Of a DNA stretch of 64,000 nt, positions 9,653 to 20,560 are shown piece after piece. The stretch lies in assembly GCA_963772365.1 (NCBI GenBank), contig CAVYXA010000001.1, positions 832,001 to 896,000 on the forward strand, given 5' to 3'. Origin of the DNA: an uncultured Verrucomicrobiae bacterium (lineage in GTDB: Bacteria; Verrucomicrobiota; Verrucomicrobiia; Chthoniobacterales; UBA10450). The position numbers were made by a program, and so were the translations under genes. Position 1 is the stretch's first letter. Each line of letters starts with the position of its first letter. The notes beneath the pieces were generated by a model. The model did not search any database. It was given only the letters and a program-made list of their open reading frames with translations, and was not told where the DNA came from.

Positions 9653-10306
9653 CTACGGTAACGGCGGGGGATTGTCTTTCTTAGTATCCAACTTCCATAC
9701 AAGCAGATAGCCGAGCCCGATGAAGAACGGGATCAGGCCGATACTCCAGGCACCGCCTTCCCACTCGTTCACCGCCGCAAAAAACAACATGATGCCGAGG
9801 CCGACCATCACCAGCACCACGCCGCGACGCATATCGGAACGCTGACGTTGCGCTACTGGCGGAGCAGCAAGCAAAGCCGCCGGAACTTCCTGACCCTTCT
9901 CCACCATCATCCGCACGGTCTTATGGAGTTGGCGCGACTTCGACATGCTGAAATAGAGGATCACGGCAACGATTAAAACCGGCGCACCGAACACGGTGAA
10001 CATGGTGATGGCGACGATCAAACCGACCATGCCAGGAATATCTCCGTCGTGATCGCCGAAATGATCGCTGATCTTGTCCACATCATGGTCACCGATCGTT
10101 ACGTGAAGGTGTCTCTTGAGTTTGTTTTGAATCGCGCGCTCCAAATCGCTTTCATCCGTTGGACTCGGCGAGGCGGTAGCCGCAGGTGAGATCGCGGCCC
10201 TGGCCGGAGCCGCGTCCGGAGTGATCGTAGGCGACTGACCAATGACCTTCCAAGACAGGGCGGTGAGACAGATACAAATTAGGAAGAGAGTTTTGAAAGC
10301 ATTCAT
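9653..10306 (-). CDS. DUF6249-like membrane protein upstream of the ECF sigma
   Basis: Signal peptide, TM segments, HKTVRMMVEKG, RRGVVLVMVGLG, GLIPFFIGLGYL. Confidence 0.65.
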   Translation of the reverse strand: MNAFKTLFLICICLTALSWKVIGQSPTITPDAAPARAAISPAATASPSPTDESDLERAIQNKLKRHLHVTIGDHDVDKISDHFGDHDGDIPGMVGLIVAITMFTVFGAPVLIVAVILYFSMSKSRQLHKTVRMMVEKGQEVPAALLAAPPVAQRQRSDMRRGVVLVMVGLGIMLFFAAVNEWEGGAWSIGLIPFFIGLGYLLVWKLDTKKDNPPPLP

Positions 10307-10377
10307 TTGTCAGTGGGATGCTTCGACCCTGCCGTTTGGATTCAAAAATCTGGCTCACCCATATGCCTCAGCGCAGC

Positions 10378-11037
10378 CTATGTTCCGACCGACTTGCGCT
10401 CAATGAGGGCGCGATAGACCAGGCCTCCCGTGGCGCCGCCAATCAGAGGTCCAATCCAATAAACGTAATGAGCTTTCCAAAAGTTCGCCGCCAGTGCCGG
10501 TCCAAAAACACGAGCGGGATTCATGGCAGCGCCGGTGAGCGGCCCGCCGAACAAGATGTCGAGGGTAATTGTGGATCCTATGACCAAGCCTGCGATGCGA
10601 CGCGGGCCACGTTCATCCACGGCAGTGCCGTAAACAACGAATACCAGGAAGAAGGTCAGAATTGCTTCGACGAGTATTCCCTGCCCCGGTGTCAGATTAA
10701 TTGCCAGTTGCGGCGTGCCGGTAACGACAACATCGCGACCGAACAGCCCCAGACAAATCAAGGCCGCAGTGAGTGCCCCCAAGCACTGCGCAACCCAGTA
10801 TCGCAGAGCGTTCAAAATGGTCATATGACCACCGCAGAGAAGACCAAACGTCACGGCCGGGTTCAGTTGTCCACCAGAGATATGCATCGTTGCAGAGACG
10901 AATGCGGCGATAGTCAATCCATGAGCGACAGCGACCGCCAGGGTATCGAAGCCGGCTGTCTTAATCGCGCCGATGCCGACAAAAATGAGCGCAAACGTCC
11001 CCACGAATTCAGCAAGCATTTGACGAAATTTGTCCAT
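10378..11037 (-). CDS. MIP/aquaporin family channel
   Basis: AEFVGT, ISGGQLNPAVT and AMNPARVFGP (two NPA boxes). Confidence 0.93.
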   Translation of the reverse strand: MDKFRQMLAEFVGTFALIFVGIGAIKTAGFDTLAVAVAHGLTIAAFVSATMHISGGQLNPAVTFGLLCGGHMTILNALRYWVAQCLGALTAALICLGLFGRDVVVTGTPQLAINLTPGQGILVEAILTFFLVFVVYGTAVDERGPRRIAGLVIGSTITLDILFGGPLTGAAMNPARVFGPALAANFWKAHYVYWIGPLIGGATGGLVYRALIERKSVGT

Positions 11038-11100
11038 GCCGCGATCCAAACAAATCGGCCACGGGCTGACAACTCGTTTTCTCTTTTATTCTAACCAGCC

Positions 11101-13634
11101 TTAACTGCTTCCCGCTGCATAATTCGGGTAGCGCTCGTGCAGCTCACGACTGGCTCGGCCCGCTTCGTCGATTTTGCCCGCCTGGCGATACGCGGATGCA
11201 GCTTTTTCCAGCGCGCGTGGAGTAATGGCCGGATCATCGTAAAGCAGGGCGACACCCATGAACGCTTTGCCCGCTTCGTCGAAGTTGCCCCGCTCCAGTT
11301 GCACATCGCCGGCCAGCAAACGCGCTTCGGCATTGACTCTGCCCCTCCGGTTGCAACACCATGATTTGCTCCGCGATCTTTTGCGCTTCATCGGGCTTAT
11401 GCGCGCCGATCTTTACCGCGCCAAGCGCCAGCAACACTTTTGCTTTTCCCGCCGGATCGGTCGCTGTCGTGTAGATACTTTTCAAATGCTTCTTCGGCCT
11501 CGCCGAAATCCTTCTGCTTCGACGCCGCGTCGCCGAAATAAAACCAGAAATCCGGCTTCACATTGGCGAGATTGTCAATCTTACCGAGAGCGGTCAGGTA
11601 TTTCTCGGCGGCTTCGTAGTTCTTCTCGTTGTAAAATTCGATGCCCGAGCCATTCCAGAACTTCGGCCGGCACATTCGTTTCCGGCGCGGCCGCCATGAA
11701 ATCGTTTACTTCCTTCGTAAGTCCGGTGCGATCTTTCAGATAAAAATAGCAGAGAATAACGCGGAGCGAGGCTAGATTGTAGTATTGCTCTTTATTCAGC
11801 TGCCGGGCGGCCTGCAACGCAGCGCAGTGCCGCCTTGTATTCCTTGGCATCAAAAGCGGCTTTGCCGATATAATACTGGGCCTGCGCGGCGACCGAGCTC
11901 TTCGGAAATTCTTTCAGAAGCTGGCGAAATGTTTGTGCCATTCCTTTGCGTCTTCCTGTTGCCCGAGAATCAGCGCCTTGAATTGCAACGCCGCTTCGCG
12001 TTCGTGCGCCTTTGGATATTTGTTAAGAATCGTGTTTAGAATCCGACAAGCGGCCGCGATAGTTTTTGTCCTGCTGATAGGCCAGCGCGCGTTGGGCCAA
12101 AACGGTCGGCGTTTCCGCGCTGTCCGGAAATGCGTCCAGAGAAATACGTGAATGCTTCGACCGTGCCGGCAACGTTCTTTAACTGCACATTGCACAAGCC
12201 CAGCTTATATGCGCATTCCGCCCGCAGATTCGGCGACAGTTTTGACACGCGCAGCTCGGCATAGATTGGAGCCGCCTCGGCATAATTCTGCTGTTTGTAG
12301 AGCGCTTCCGCTTTCAATAGTTTCGCCTGATCGGCACGCTCGGCCGGCCGGGTTCGACTCCAAGTATTTATCCACCTCGGCTAAAAGCGCCGAGGGATCG
12401 GCGTTATAAACGTTAATCAGTCGCTGATAGGCGGCGTCTTTGGCTTCCCCGCGCTCTGGAAATTGCGAAATGATCACGCTGTACAGCTATTCTGCTTCCT
12501 CGGTTTCGACCCAGTTGCCGTTCGCTGTTTGCCGCCAGCAACATCACTTCGGCCTGCCCGGCTTCAGGAAGATCGGGCAGTTCTTTTTTATATTCGGCCA
12601 GCAACTTTTCGTATTGGCCTGTTACGATATTGCAGCCGGTGAAAAGCAACTTGCGCGATCGCGCGAAATTTTCCTTCCGCAGAAGCTCGTCCTTTTTGCA
12701 GCAGACTGCTCGCTCTCTCGGCCATGGCCTTGTCGATCTTGCCGTTCGCGTCTGGATCAAGATCGATAGCGATCATTCCGCCGCGCACTGCCGCTTCCGC
12801 TCTCAGAGCCGGTTTCTGCGCTTCACTCGCCAAAGCTTCATATTGTTTCAACGCTTCGGCTTTCTTTCCCCGCCGAAACAAAAATCGCCGCCGCCGCCAA
12901 CCTCGAATCCTCCCGATACGGGTTCGGATTTTTCGCGTCAATTACCTGCTGATAAATGTCCGCCGCTTCGTCTTTGCGATCGAGCATCTCCAAACAACGC
13001 GCCTCGAAGTAACGAGCCGAAAGGGCTACGGCGGGTTCTTTCGATTTGGCCGCCGCCCGGTGAAACAGCGGCAGCGCTTCCGCATAATCTTTCTCCGTAA
13101 ACGCGGTCTCGGCCAGCACGTAGGCAGCAGGGCCGGCAAATTCACTGTCACCATAATCGTCGAGAATTCTTCGGAAAGCTTTTCCGCGCCGAGCCGGAGC
13201 GACCGAACGCACGATACGATTCGCCGAGGAAAAAATAAGCACTCGCCCGGCCGGGCGCGCCGGGATAATCCTCCAGAAATATTTTCGAATTCGGGAATAG
13301 CCAGATCGTGAAGCTTCCGTCGCAAAAAGAGCGTTGGCATAATCAAGCTGACGTTTATCCGGCGCGACGGTTTCCGTTGGCGGAACCTGTTGAGGAGTTG
13401 CTTCTACCGCCGGAGGCGGAAATTGCGGAGCGATCAATCGGCGCCTGCGGCGCTGGATATGGCGGAAACGGGAACAGCGCGCGGCAGAGGAGTCTGATAG
13501 ACAGGTTGGGCGCGTCGCACTTCCGGAGGATATTGCGCAAAAAGGAAATCTGCGCTCAAGACCAGCGTAATCAGCCCGTCGCCATTTGACTGATTCGTCC
13601 GGCGGCGAACAAGAGTTTTCTCGAACCATCCCAT
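11101..13634 (-). CDS. Large periplasmic TPR protein (multiple frameshifts)
   Basis: TPR-like helical fragments spread over several frames (AAYVLAETAFTEKDYAEA, AEALYKQQNYAEA, ARLLAGDVQLERGNFDEA); follows exbD. Confidence 0.7.
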
Positions 13635-13636
13635 TC

Positions 13637-14045
13637 CTATTTCGCCGTGGCGAAGGCGACGTTGGTCACGCCGGCTTCGGTGCAAACGTTGAGCACGCCG
13701 ATGACATTTTTGTAAGCGCCGGTTTCATCTCCACGGATGATAACCGCTTGCTCGGAGTTGAGCTGGATCAGATTTTTCAGCAGATCGGCCAGCTGACTCT
13801 TCCGTCAGTGTTCGCCGATTCACCACCACGCTGCCGTCGGATTTCACATTCACCACCACGTCGCCCGGCGGCGCGATATGTTCTTTCGCGGCTGCTGCCT
13901 TTGGCACTTTCACATCCAATTCATTCTCATTACGCGCCGCATTCCAGGTGAGCAGGAAGAAAATCAATAACAGCAACAGCACATCCACCAACGGCGCGAG
14001 CTGAATACCGGGATGATGCAAGGGAGCGTGGCCGCGCAAATTCAT
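13637..14045 (-). CDS. exbD: Biopolymer transport protein ExbD/TolR (frameshifted)
   Basis: IQLAPLVDVLLLLLIFFL; C-terminal VIIRGDE..Y..VIGVLNVCTEAGVTNVAFAT in a shifted frame. Confidence 0.85.
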
Positions 14046-14102
14046 GGTTCGGGATTCGAGATGCGGGATGCGGGATTCGGGACACGAGATTCGGGATCGG
14101 GC
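14046..14102. repeat. Heptamer tandem array (GRGATKC)n
   Basis: gggattc gagatgc gggatgc gggattc gggacac gagattc gggatc. Confidence 0.9.
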
Positions 14103-14105
14103 ATT

Positions 14106-14486
14106 TCAGTGCGGGTCTGCGCGATGGTCGCGCTCCACACTTTCAATGAATAGATTAAGTTTCCGCCCGAGCAGATCCAGTTGGGCGGCCACATCGCGAT
14201 AAACAGTTTCGTTTGTCAACGAGCCCGTTTCAAAAATTGTTTCCAAGTGATCGATGGTTTCATCGCACGAAGCGTGAGCAAAGACGAGGAAGCGAATAAA
14301 CTCCTGCTTGTAACGCCGCCGGCCATAACCCTCAACAATATTACTGCGTCTGGATTTCGCGGAGCGGCGAATCTGGCTTGCTTCCTCATACATCTCGAAT
14401 TGCGGAAGTTCACGCAGCGTCATCCAGTGCCCGTCGATTAGGACCTGTCGCGCCAACTGCCAAATCTCAAGACTTCGATAGCTCAT
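14106..14486 (-). CDS. Four helix bundle protein (23S rRNA IVP / TIGR02436-like)
   Basis: [52 protein letters not shown]. Confidence 0.88.
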   Translation of the reverse strand: MSYRSLEIWQLARQVLIDGHWMTLRELPQFEMYEEASQIRRSAKSRRSNIVEGYGRRRYKQEFIRFLVFAHASCDETIDHLETIFETGSLTNETVYRDVAAQLDLLGRKLNLFIESVERDHRADPH

Positions 14487-14493
14487 CCCAATT

Positions 14494-14526
14494 ATCTCGC
14501 ATCCCGAATCCCGAATCCCGCATCCC
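14494..14526. repeat. Heptamer tandem array (ATCCCGM)n, reverse complement of the 14046-14102 array
   Basis: atctcgc atcccga atcccga atcccgc atccc. Confidence 0.9.
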
Positions 14527-14527
14527 A

Positions 14528-15303
14528 TCAAATCTCGTCCTCGATGAGCACGGGCGTTCGCTCCAGACCCGCTTTTCGTATTGCAGCGAAAGCAAGGCCA
14601 AAACGTGGGTGGCCGCTGCTTCCAAGTCGGAAATCAATCTCTGGGCACGTCCGCGAAAAAATGCGTAAAAGATCATGGCAGGAATGCCGATCGCCAGACC
14701 GGCGGCCGTATTGACCAGCGCCTGACTGATTCCCTGCGAGAGTGCAACATAACGGGCCGATCCGATGTCCGTGCCGAGCGCACCGAAGGAATGGATGATC
14801 CCGATCACAGTCCCGAGTAATCCAAGCAAAGGTGCGATCATGCCGATATCAGCCAGATAGACGACCCGATTATTCAGGCTGGCCGCGACGCGAGTTCCTT
14901 CCGTTTGTGCGATCTCGCGGACTTGCTCGAACTGAGCATTGGGATTTTTGGTGGTGAAATCGAGCACCTTTTGCACGATTCGCGCGATGGCCTCGCCATG
15001 CCGATTGGATACCGCCAGCAGACCGAGATAATCGCGTTTCCGCAGAAGCGCGTCGGCCGTGGCCATGAATCCGCTGGAGACAATGGCCCCGCGGCGGATC
15101 GTCATCAGATAAGTGATCACGAGCATGATCGAGAAGATCGACAACAGAAAGAGCGGGATCATCACCGGCCCGGCTTTGATCAGCGCATCGAGCACGGTTT
15201 TTCGGTGCGGCAAATCGATCAAGGATGAAGGCGTTGGCGTCGCAGTTTGCGCGAAAAGCGGCGTCGCAATCACCGCCGCGATGAGGAGGAAAATTTTTTT
15301 CAT
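14528..15303 (-). CDS. exbB: MotA/TolQ/ExbB proton channel (3' frameshift)
   Basis: [36 protein letters not shown]; probable true end ..VLIEDEI* at 14528. Confidence 0.9.
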
Positions 15304-15404
15304 GCGGAGAATCGGTTAATCATAGACGAGACCATTGCCGATGCAATAGACCTACAGACGTGTCCGCCCGCTAATTTGCTCAAACTTAACAGTTGTAACT
15401 AAAG

Positions 15405-15537
15405 CAAACCAGCATCGGATCGATCGGGACGAGTGGACGGATGAATTCGACAATTGAGGGATGTCTTTGGCCTTAAACTGGCGCCCGCGACGCTTGAGCC
15501 TCGTGCTTTCCAATTCGCTCACGCGTAGCAGCTAGCC
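15405..15537 (-). pseudogene. Diverged duplicate of the last ~44 codons of the GT9 gene
   Basis: Aligns with 15792-15925; translates *LLRVSELESTRLKRRGRQFKAKDIP-IVEFIRPLVPIDPMLV. Confidence 0.85.
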
Positions 15538-15610
15538 AAGAGTCCCTGAAAGGGGTTCGGTCCTTTTTTCTTGGATTTTCTTGACCGTTTTCTGGGATAC
15601 GGGTCGATGG

Positions 15611-15722
15611 AAAGCGATTCGGTGACGCGCCGGACTCCAAAGCGCTGTGCGCGAAACCGTAAGATGCTCGATTCAATTTTTGCGGAAGCTTTCGGAGTGC
15701 GGGGCGTCCCCGCACCGCTTTT
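15611..15722. repeat. REP/BIME-like element (AAAGCG..ACTCCAAA ... TTCGGAGTGCG..CGCTTT family)
   Basis: Same architecture as 4047-4158 and 62107-62220. Confidence 0.7.
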
Positions 15723-15790
15723 AAAAACAGCAGACCAAAAGAAGGTCGTATCTTTAAATATTCAAGATTTGCTGACGAGCCTGTGATTGG

Positions 15791-16775
15791 TCAAACGAGC
15801 ATCGGATCAATCGGGACGAGTGGGCGGATGAGTTCGACAATGGCGGGGACGTCTTTCGTTTTAAACTGACGACCGCGACGCTTAAGCCTGGTGCTTTCCA
15901 ATTGGCTTACGCGCAAGAGCTGACCGTGTTTCCAAATCCAGGCATCGGGATTGTAGGGACCGACCCGGCGCGGATCGGTCCAGGTGTGGATCGACAGGAG
16001 ATTGTCGGTGGAAGCGGCGGCGATATGCATCGGGCCGCTATCGACGCTGATGACGAAGTGCGCTTTGCGAATCAAATGACAGAGCTGGAGCAATGTCGTC
16101 TGGTTCGTTAGATCGACACAGTTGTCGAGCGCGCGCGATTGCTGCTGGGATTTTCCTACTATGACGACCCGGGTCGGCGCGAAAGCGGCAGAGATTTCTG
16201 CAATTACGACGTTGGAAAGCGATTTGCCGCCGCCGCGCGCGAATGGATGCAGCAAAATGAATGGCGGATATTCGTCGAATCGCGGGAGCGGATCGCCACT
16301 GGGAATTTGGCAACGCAGCGCGTTGCCAACTCGCGCACCGGCGAGTTTCGGCAAGTTTAAGATAACGTTCGACCGCGTGATCTCGTCGGTTGACTTTGGC
16401 AACGCGATCGTAAAAGAACCGCGAGCCTTCACGGGCATCGCTCATTCCGTAGACTTGTTTCGCGCCGCTGATCTTGGCAATGAGCGCGCTGCGAAGCAGT
16501 CCCTGGAAATCGAGGGCGAGATCGGGTCGCAGCATTCGCGTGCTTTTCCACCATGGCCCAAAGCTTCGCGGGGCGCCGATTCCGGCGAAATCATTCCGGG
16601 GAAAAACGTGGACATGATTGACATCAGGATTTCCGCGAAGAATTGGCGTGAACTCGGGATTAATCACCCATGTGATCTCGGCCTTCGGGTAAGTGTCGCG
16701 GACGAGAGAGACCGCCGGCAGCGTGTGAACGATATCGCCGAGTGAGCTCGGTTTAATGATGAGGATGGAGTTCAC
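15791..16775 (-). CDS. Glycosyltransferase family 9 (LPS heptosyltransferase-like; frameshift near 16345)
   Basis: ILIIKPSSLGDIVHTLP, DLALDFQGLLRSA, HAVERYL, ISVDSGPMHIAAA. Confidence 0.9.
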
Positions 16776-16867
16776 GGATCAGGCGTGGATCGTGAATCGA
16801 GAATCGAGAATCGGCAACCAAGAACCGATTTAACGATGTAACGAATCACCGAATTCGATTGTCGATC

Positions 16868-17620
16868 TTATTTTCCTATCGCCAATCGTTCCGCCAGCAA
16901 CGGGGGCAAGCCGGCCTTAATTATTTTCTTTTGCGTAGTAGCAAGATCGTATTTTACCCGGCGTTGCTCGACATCGTTCGATTCGACATCGTAAATGCAG
17001 TAGGCGGCCCGCCAATCTCTGTCGCGCGGCTGGCCGACGCTGCCGACATTAATGAAATATTTTTTACCCGGATCAATCCGGAGATGCTCGATTGCCATCC
17101 TCTGAATGCCGTCGTCACGGACAAAGGCCACCGGAACATGGGTGTGCCCGAAAAAACAGATCGGGGTGTGTTGATAATTGAAGCTGGCTGCCGCGTCGAG
17201 ATTATTGAACACATAACCCCATTGCTCGGGCGTATCGAGTGTCGCATGGACGATGGTGAAATCGCCCGCCTTCGCCGAAACTTCGGCCGGCACGCGCATC
17301 TGGCGTTGTAATTTCAGATTGCCCAGCCATTCCTTGTCCTCGTTGGGTAAATGCTCGCGGGTCCAGGCGATGGCGTGTTCGGCCAGCTCATTGAAGTCGC
17401 GCGATGATTCACCGAGTAAAGCCTGCTCGTCATGATTACCTTTGACGATCGGGCAATCCATTTCTCGGACTCGCTCGACGCACTCATGCGGATTGGCGTT
17501 GTAACCGACCACATCGCCCAGGCAAACAAAGTGCGTGCACTTGCGCGCCTTGGCATCGGCCATCACAGCTTCGAACGCCTCGAGATTCGCGTGAATGTCG
17601 CTAAAAATGGCGAAGCGCAC
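16868..17620 (-). CDS. Metallophosphoesterase (YfcE/PPP-like) with a 10-aa palindrome-derived insert
   Basis: SDIHANL, LGDVVGY, KGNHD, FFGHTH, INVGSVGQPRD. Confidence 0.9.
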   Translation of the reverse strand: MRFAIFSDIHANLEAFEAVMADAKARKCTHFVCLGDVVGYNANPHECVERVREMDCPIVKGNHDEQALLGESSRDFNELAEHAIAWTREHLPNEDKEWLGNLKLQRQMRVPAEVSAKAGDFTIVHATLDTPEQWGYVFNNLDAAASFNYQHTPICFFGHTHVPVAFVRDDGIQRMAIEHLRIDPGKKYFINVGSVGQPRDRDWRAAYCIYDVESNDVEQRRVKYDLATTQKKIIKAGLPPLLAERLAIGK

Positions 17621-17682
17621 GGAGGAAGTTAGAAGAGTTACAAAGGTTACAAAGTTAAAATTCTGCAGGTCGATGTAACTTT

Positions 17683-18447
17683 TTAACCTTGTAACGGTTG
17701 CTCCGGAATCCGCTGATCCGGCGCAATATTCAGTTTGTCCTCGAGAAATTTGAGTCGCTTGATCAGCGTAGGCAGCCGTTCCTGCTCACTGAGATCGTAA
17801 AGTTGACGCAGTCGTTGGTAGGCTTCGCGCTCTTTTCCCTCGCAGTAGGAAAGCTCGTAAGCTGCGAAACGCTTGTCGTAACTCGGCGCGCCGGGCAGGG
17901 CCGCCGCTCTAGCATAATAACGGGATGCGAGAAGATGATCGTGATATTTCTGCTGATAAAGCCGGGCCATCTCTTCGTAGAGCTGCGGTTTATCGGGATT
18001 ATTTTCGATTCCGCGTTCGAGGAAATCCCTGCCAAGCGCAAGATACTCCCGGTGCGCTTTTACCCGCAAAGCCAGGCGCGACTGAGAAGTATCGTTCATC
18101 GCCGCGGTGCTGGCATTCCAAGCCATCTGCCAGGCGGCTGTGTCCCAGAACAGAACCGAGTGCGGTTGCAAAGTTGTGATCTGTCGGAAGAGAAACAGGA
18201 TCCGGCCCCATTCGGTTCGTTCCCAGGCGACGTATGCCTTGATAAAAAGGACATCTGCCACGGCAGCACGAAACCCGCTCATCGCGGCGATGAATCCGAG
18301 CTGCCCGAGCTTTTGTCGCAGGTCGAGGTTGAATTCGACCGCGCCTACGCGCTGTTGTCGATGTTCCAGGAAAATAGCGCGCTCCGCTGGTAGCTTTAGA
18401 ACACCGAAGACGAAAACTATTGAGAGAACGGAGAATACCCGCATCAT
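17683..18447 (-). CDS. Membrane-anchored TPR-like protein associated with an ABC transporter
   Basis: N-terminal hydrophobic anchor, GFRAAVADVLFI, FLERGIENNP; start overlaps the permease stop. Confidence 0.65.
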   Translation of the reverse strand: MMRVFSVLSIVFVFGVLKLPAERAIFLEHRQQRVGAVEFNLDLRQKLGQLGFIAAMSGFRAAVADVLFIKAYVAWERTEWGRILFLFRQITTLQPHSVLFWDTAAWQMAWNASTAAMNDTSQSRLALRVKAHREYLALGRDFLERGIENNPDKPQLYEEMARLYQQKYHDHLLASRYYARAAALPGAPSYDKRFAAYELSYCEGKEREAYQRLRQLYDLSEQERLPTLIKRLKFLEDKLNIAPDQRIPEQPLQG

Positions 18448-19304
18448 AATTCTTTGCCGTAAAACACGAATCCGGCGAGCAAGGAGTAGATCGTTGTGTA
18501 AAAAACACCCAGCAGCGCCGTTTGAAGAAATAGGCCAACCGGGACCGCCGCGCCAGCCACGACATCATCGACAAGATTGAATGCCTGCAAATCAGGAAAG
18601 ATGAGTGCGACGACGCCGAGCAGAGCGCGCGTTACCCAGCCGCTGCTGTGTTCCTGGAGCCAATACTCGCGCGCGATCGCTTGGAGATGACCTATTAAAT
18701 ACACGAACACCATCACCACCACCGTGAACACGCTCGAGGTGGCGAAAGTGGAAACAAAGAGAGTCAGCGCCGCCAACAAGCAGGCCTTCAAATAAATGAC
18801 CACTATGCCGGGAAAGAGATTGGCGTTCAGGGCCGAAGAGCGGATGGCGCGCAGAGCATCTTCAACTTGTTCCCGCGGCGCGGCCGACATTTGCCGGGCC
18901 GTCGTCTGCAACATGACTTGCTCCCGGAGATAAAGGACAGCGATGAAAAGGGCGCTCATCAAAAGCACGCTGATCGCGAGCAATAGAAGAACTCCGATCA
19001 ATTTTCCCACAATGTATTCAAACCGCGCCACCGGTTTGGCCAGAATTGTGTAAACGGTTCGATCTTCAATGTCCTGCGAGATTAACCGAGCCGTAGCCAG
19101 AATCGCCAGCAAAGAAGTGAAGATCGACATCGCGCCGAGCGAAACATCTTTCAGTATTTGGAACTCCTCCTGAAAGGTGAATCGCACCAGCACCATGGAA
19201 CTCGCGATCAGACCCAGGGCAAAGATCAGGATGAAATAGAAGACCTTTTGCCGGGTCAGATCGGTCAACGTGTTGCCGGTGATCGCGGAGAGACGGCGAA
19301 TCAT
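18444..19304 (-). CDS. ABC-2 type transporter permease
   Basis: DIEDRTVYTILAKPVARFEYIVGK; multiple TM helices. Confidence 0.85.
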   Translation of the reverse strand: MIRRLSAITGNTLTDLTRQKVFYFILIFALGLIASSMVLVRFTFQEEFQILKDVSLGAMSIFTSLLAILATARLISQDIEDRTVYTILAKPVARFEYIVGKLIGVLLLLAISVLLMSALFIAVLYLREQVMLQTTARQMSAAPREQVEDALRAIRSSALNANLFPGIVVIYLKACLLAALTLFVSTFATSSVFTVVVMVFVYLIGHLQAIAREYWLQEHSSGWVTRALLGVVALIFPDLQAFNLVDDVVAGAAVPVGLFLQTALLGVFYTTIYSLLAGFVFYGKEL

Positions 19305-19314
19305 GACTGGTCAA

Positions 19315-20173
19315 TCACGAAGCATTTTTCTTATCTTGCGTCGCATCCAGGAATAATCGCTCGAGAGTCGTTGTCGAGCTTCGCTGTTCGACCAGTCGGG
19401 CATTCGATTCCCGGGCCAGATCGTCGATCTTTCGAACCAGATCTTCAGAGGCGTTCTCGAGGACCAGGTCGGTCCGGTTTTCGATGGCGATCAATTCCTC
19501 GAGACGGCCTTCGCGCACCAGCACTCCATTGGCGAGAATACCGACACGGTCGCAAATCTCCTGCGCTTGCGCGAGCAAATGTGACGAGAACAGCACGGTC
19601 ATTCCACGCCGTTTTAGATCGACAATCAGGTGGCGAATGGCGCGTGAACCCGCCGGATCGACACCTGCAGTCGGTTCGTCGAGCACGACGAGCTTCGGAT
19701 CATTGATCAGCGCCTGAGCCAATCCAATCCTCTGGAGCATTCCTTTGGAATACGTGGCGAGCCGCCGGTCTTTAGCGTCCGTTAGCCCAACCAGCTCGAG
19801 CAGTTCGTCGATGCGTTTCCTCAAACGGTCGCGACTTAATCCGCAAAGTTTGCCGAAAAAGCGCAGCGTCTCTTCGCCAGTGAGGTACTTGTAAAAATAG
19901 GGATTCTCCGGCAGGAAACCCACGGCCTGGCGGCTTTGGACCGAGCGGCTGTCGCGCCCGAAAATCTCAGTGACGCCCGCGTGTAGCCGAGACCAGGCCG
20001 AGAATGATTTTGAGCGTGGTGCTCTTGCCTGATCCGTTAGGCCCAAGCAAACCGTAAACTTCGCCCGGATCGACCCGAAGATCGAGATCGCGCACCGCGA
20101 CAACCCCTTGCCTGCGGAACGGCATCGGGAAGACTTTGGTCAAGCCCATCACCCTGACGGCGGCGGCGTCCAC
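19315..20173 (-). CDS. ABC transporter ATP-binding protein (frameshift near 19975)
   Basis: [35 protein letters not shown]. Confidence 0.92.
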
Positions 20174-20198
20174 TTTCGTATCGCTCCGGCGCGACCAG

Positions 20199-20474
20199 TT
20201 AATCATGGCGAATTTCAAACCCGTGCGTGCTGACCGGTTGAGGTAATTCCGATTCCGTTTGTTTCCTGATGAACCCGTGAAGCTCGCCCGTAGCGATGGC
20301 ATCGAGAAAGGCGCGCACTTCATCGTCCTGCCCGGCGACCTGCAGTTCGACGCGTCCATCGATCAGATTGCGCACCCAGCCGTTGACGTCGAATCCCTTT
20401 GCGATGTGGCGCACACTCCAGCGAAAACCCACGCCCTGCACAGTTCCTTCGTAGAAAACCTGGAGCGAAATCAT
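20199..20474 (-). CDS. acyP: Acylphosphatase
   Basis: GTVQGVGFR and GWVRNL.DGRVE. Confidence 0.93.
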   Translation of the reverse strand: MISLQVFYEGTVQGVGFRWSVRHIAKGFDVNGWVRNLIDGRVELQVAGQDDEVRAFLDAIATGELHGFIRKQTESELPQPVSTHGFEIRHD

Positions 20475-20560
20475 TTACGAGCTGTCAATGGCGAGCGAAA
20501 ATAATGTCGCGGGATTCTTCGACTCCGCTTCGATTCACTCAGGACCACACCATTTTCGGG

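Noticed and set aside
14106..15925. Diversity-generating retroelement (Avd-like four-helix protein plus a TR/VR-like repeat pair)
   Set aside because: No reverse transcriptase in the window, and the differences between the repeat copies are mostly third-position and not adenine-specific.
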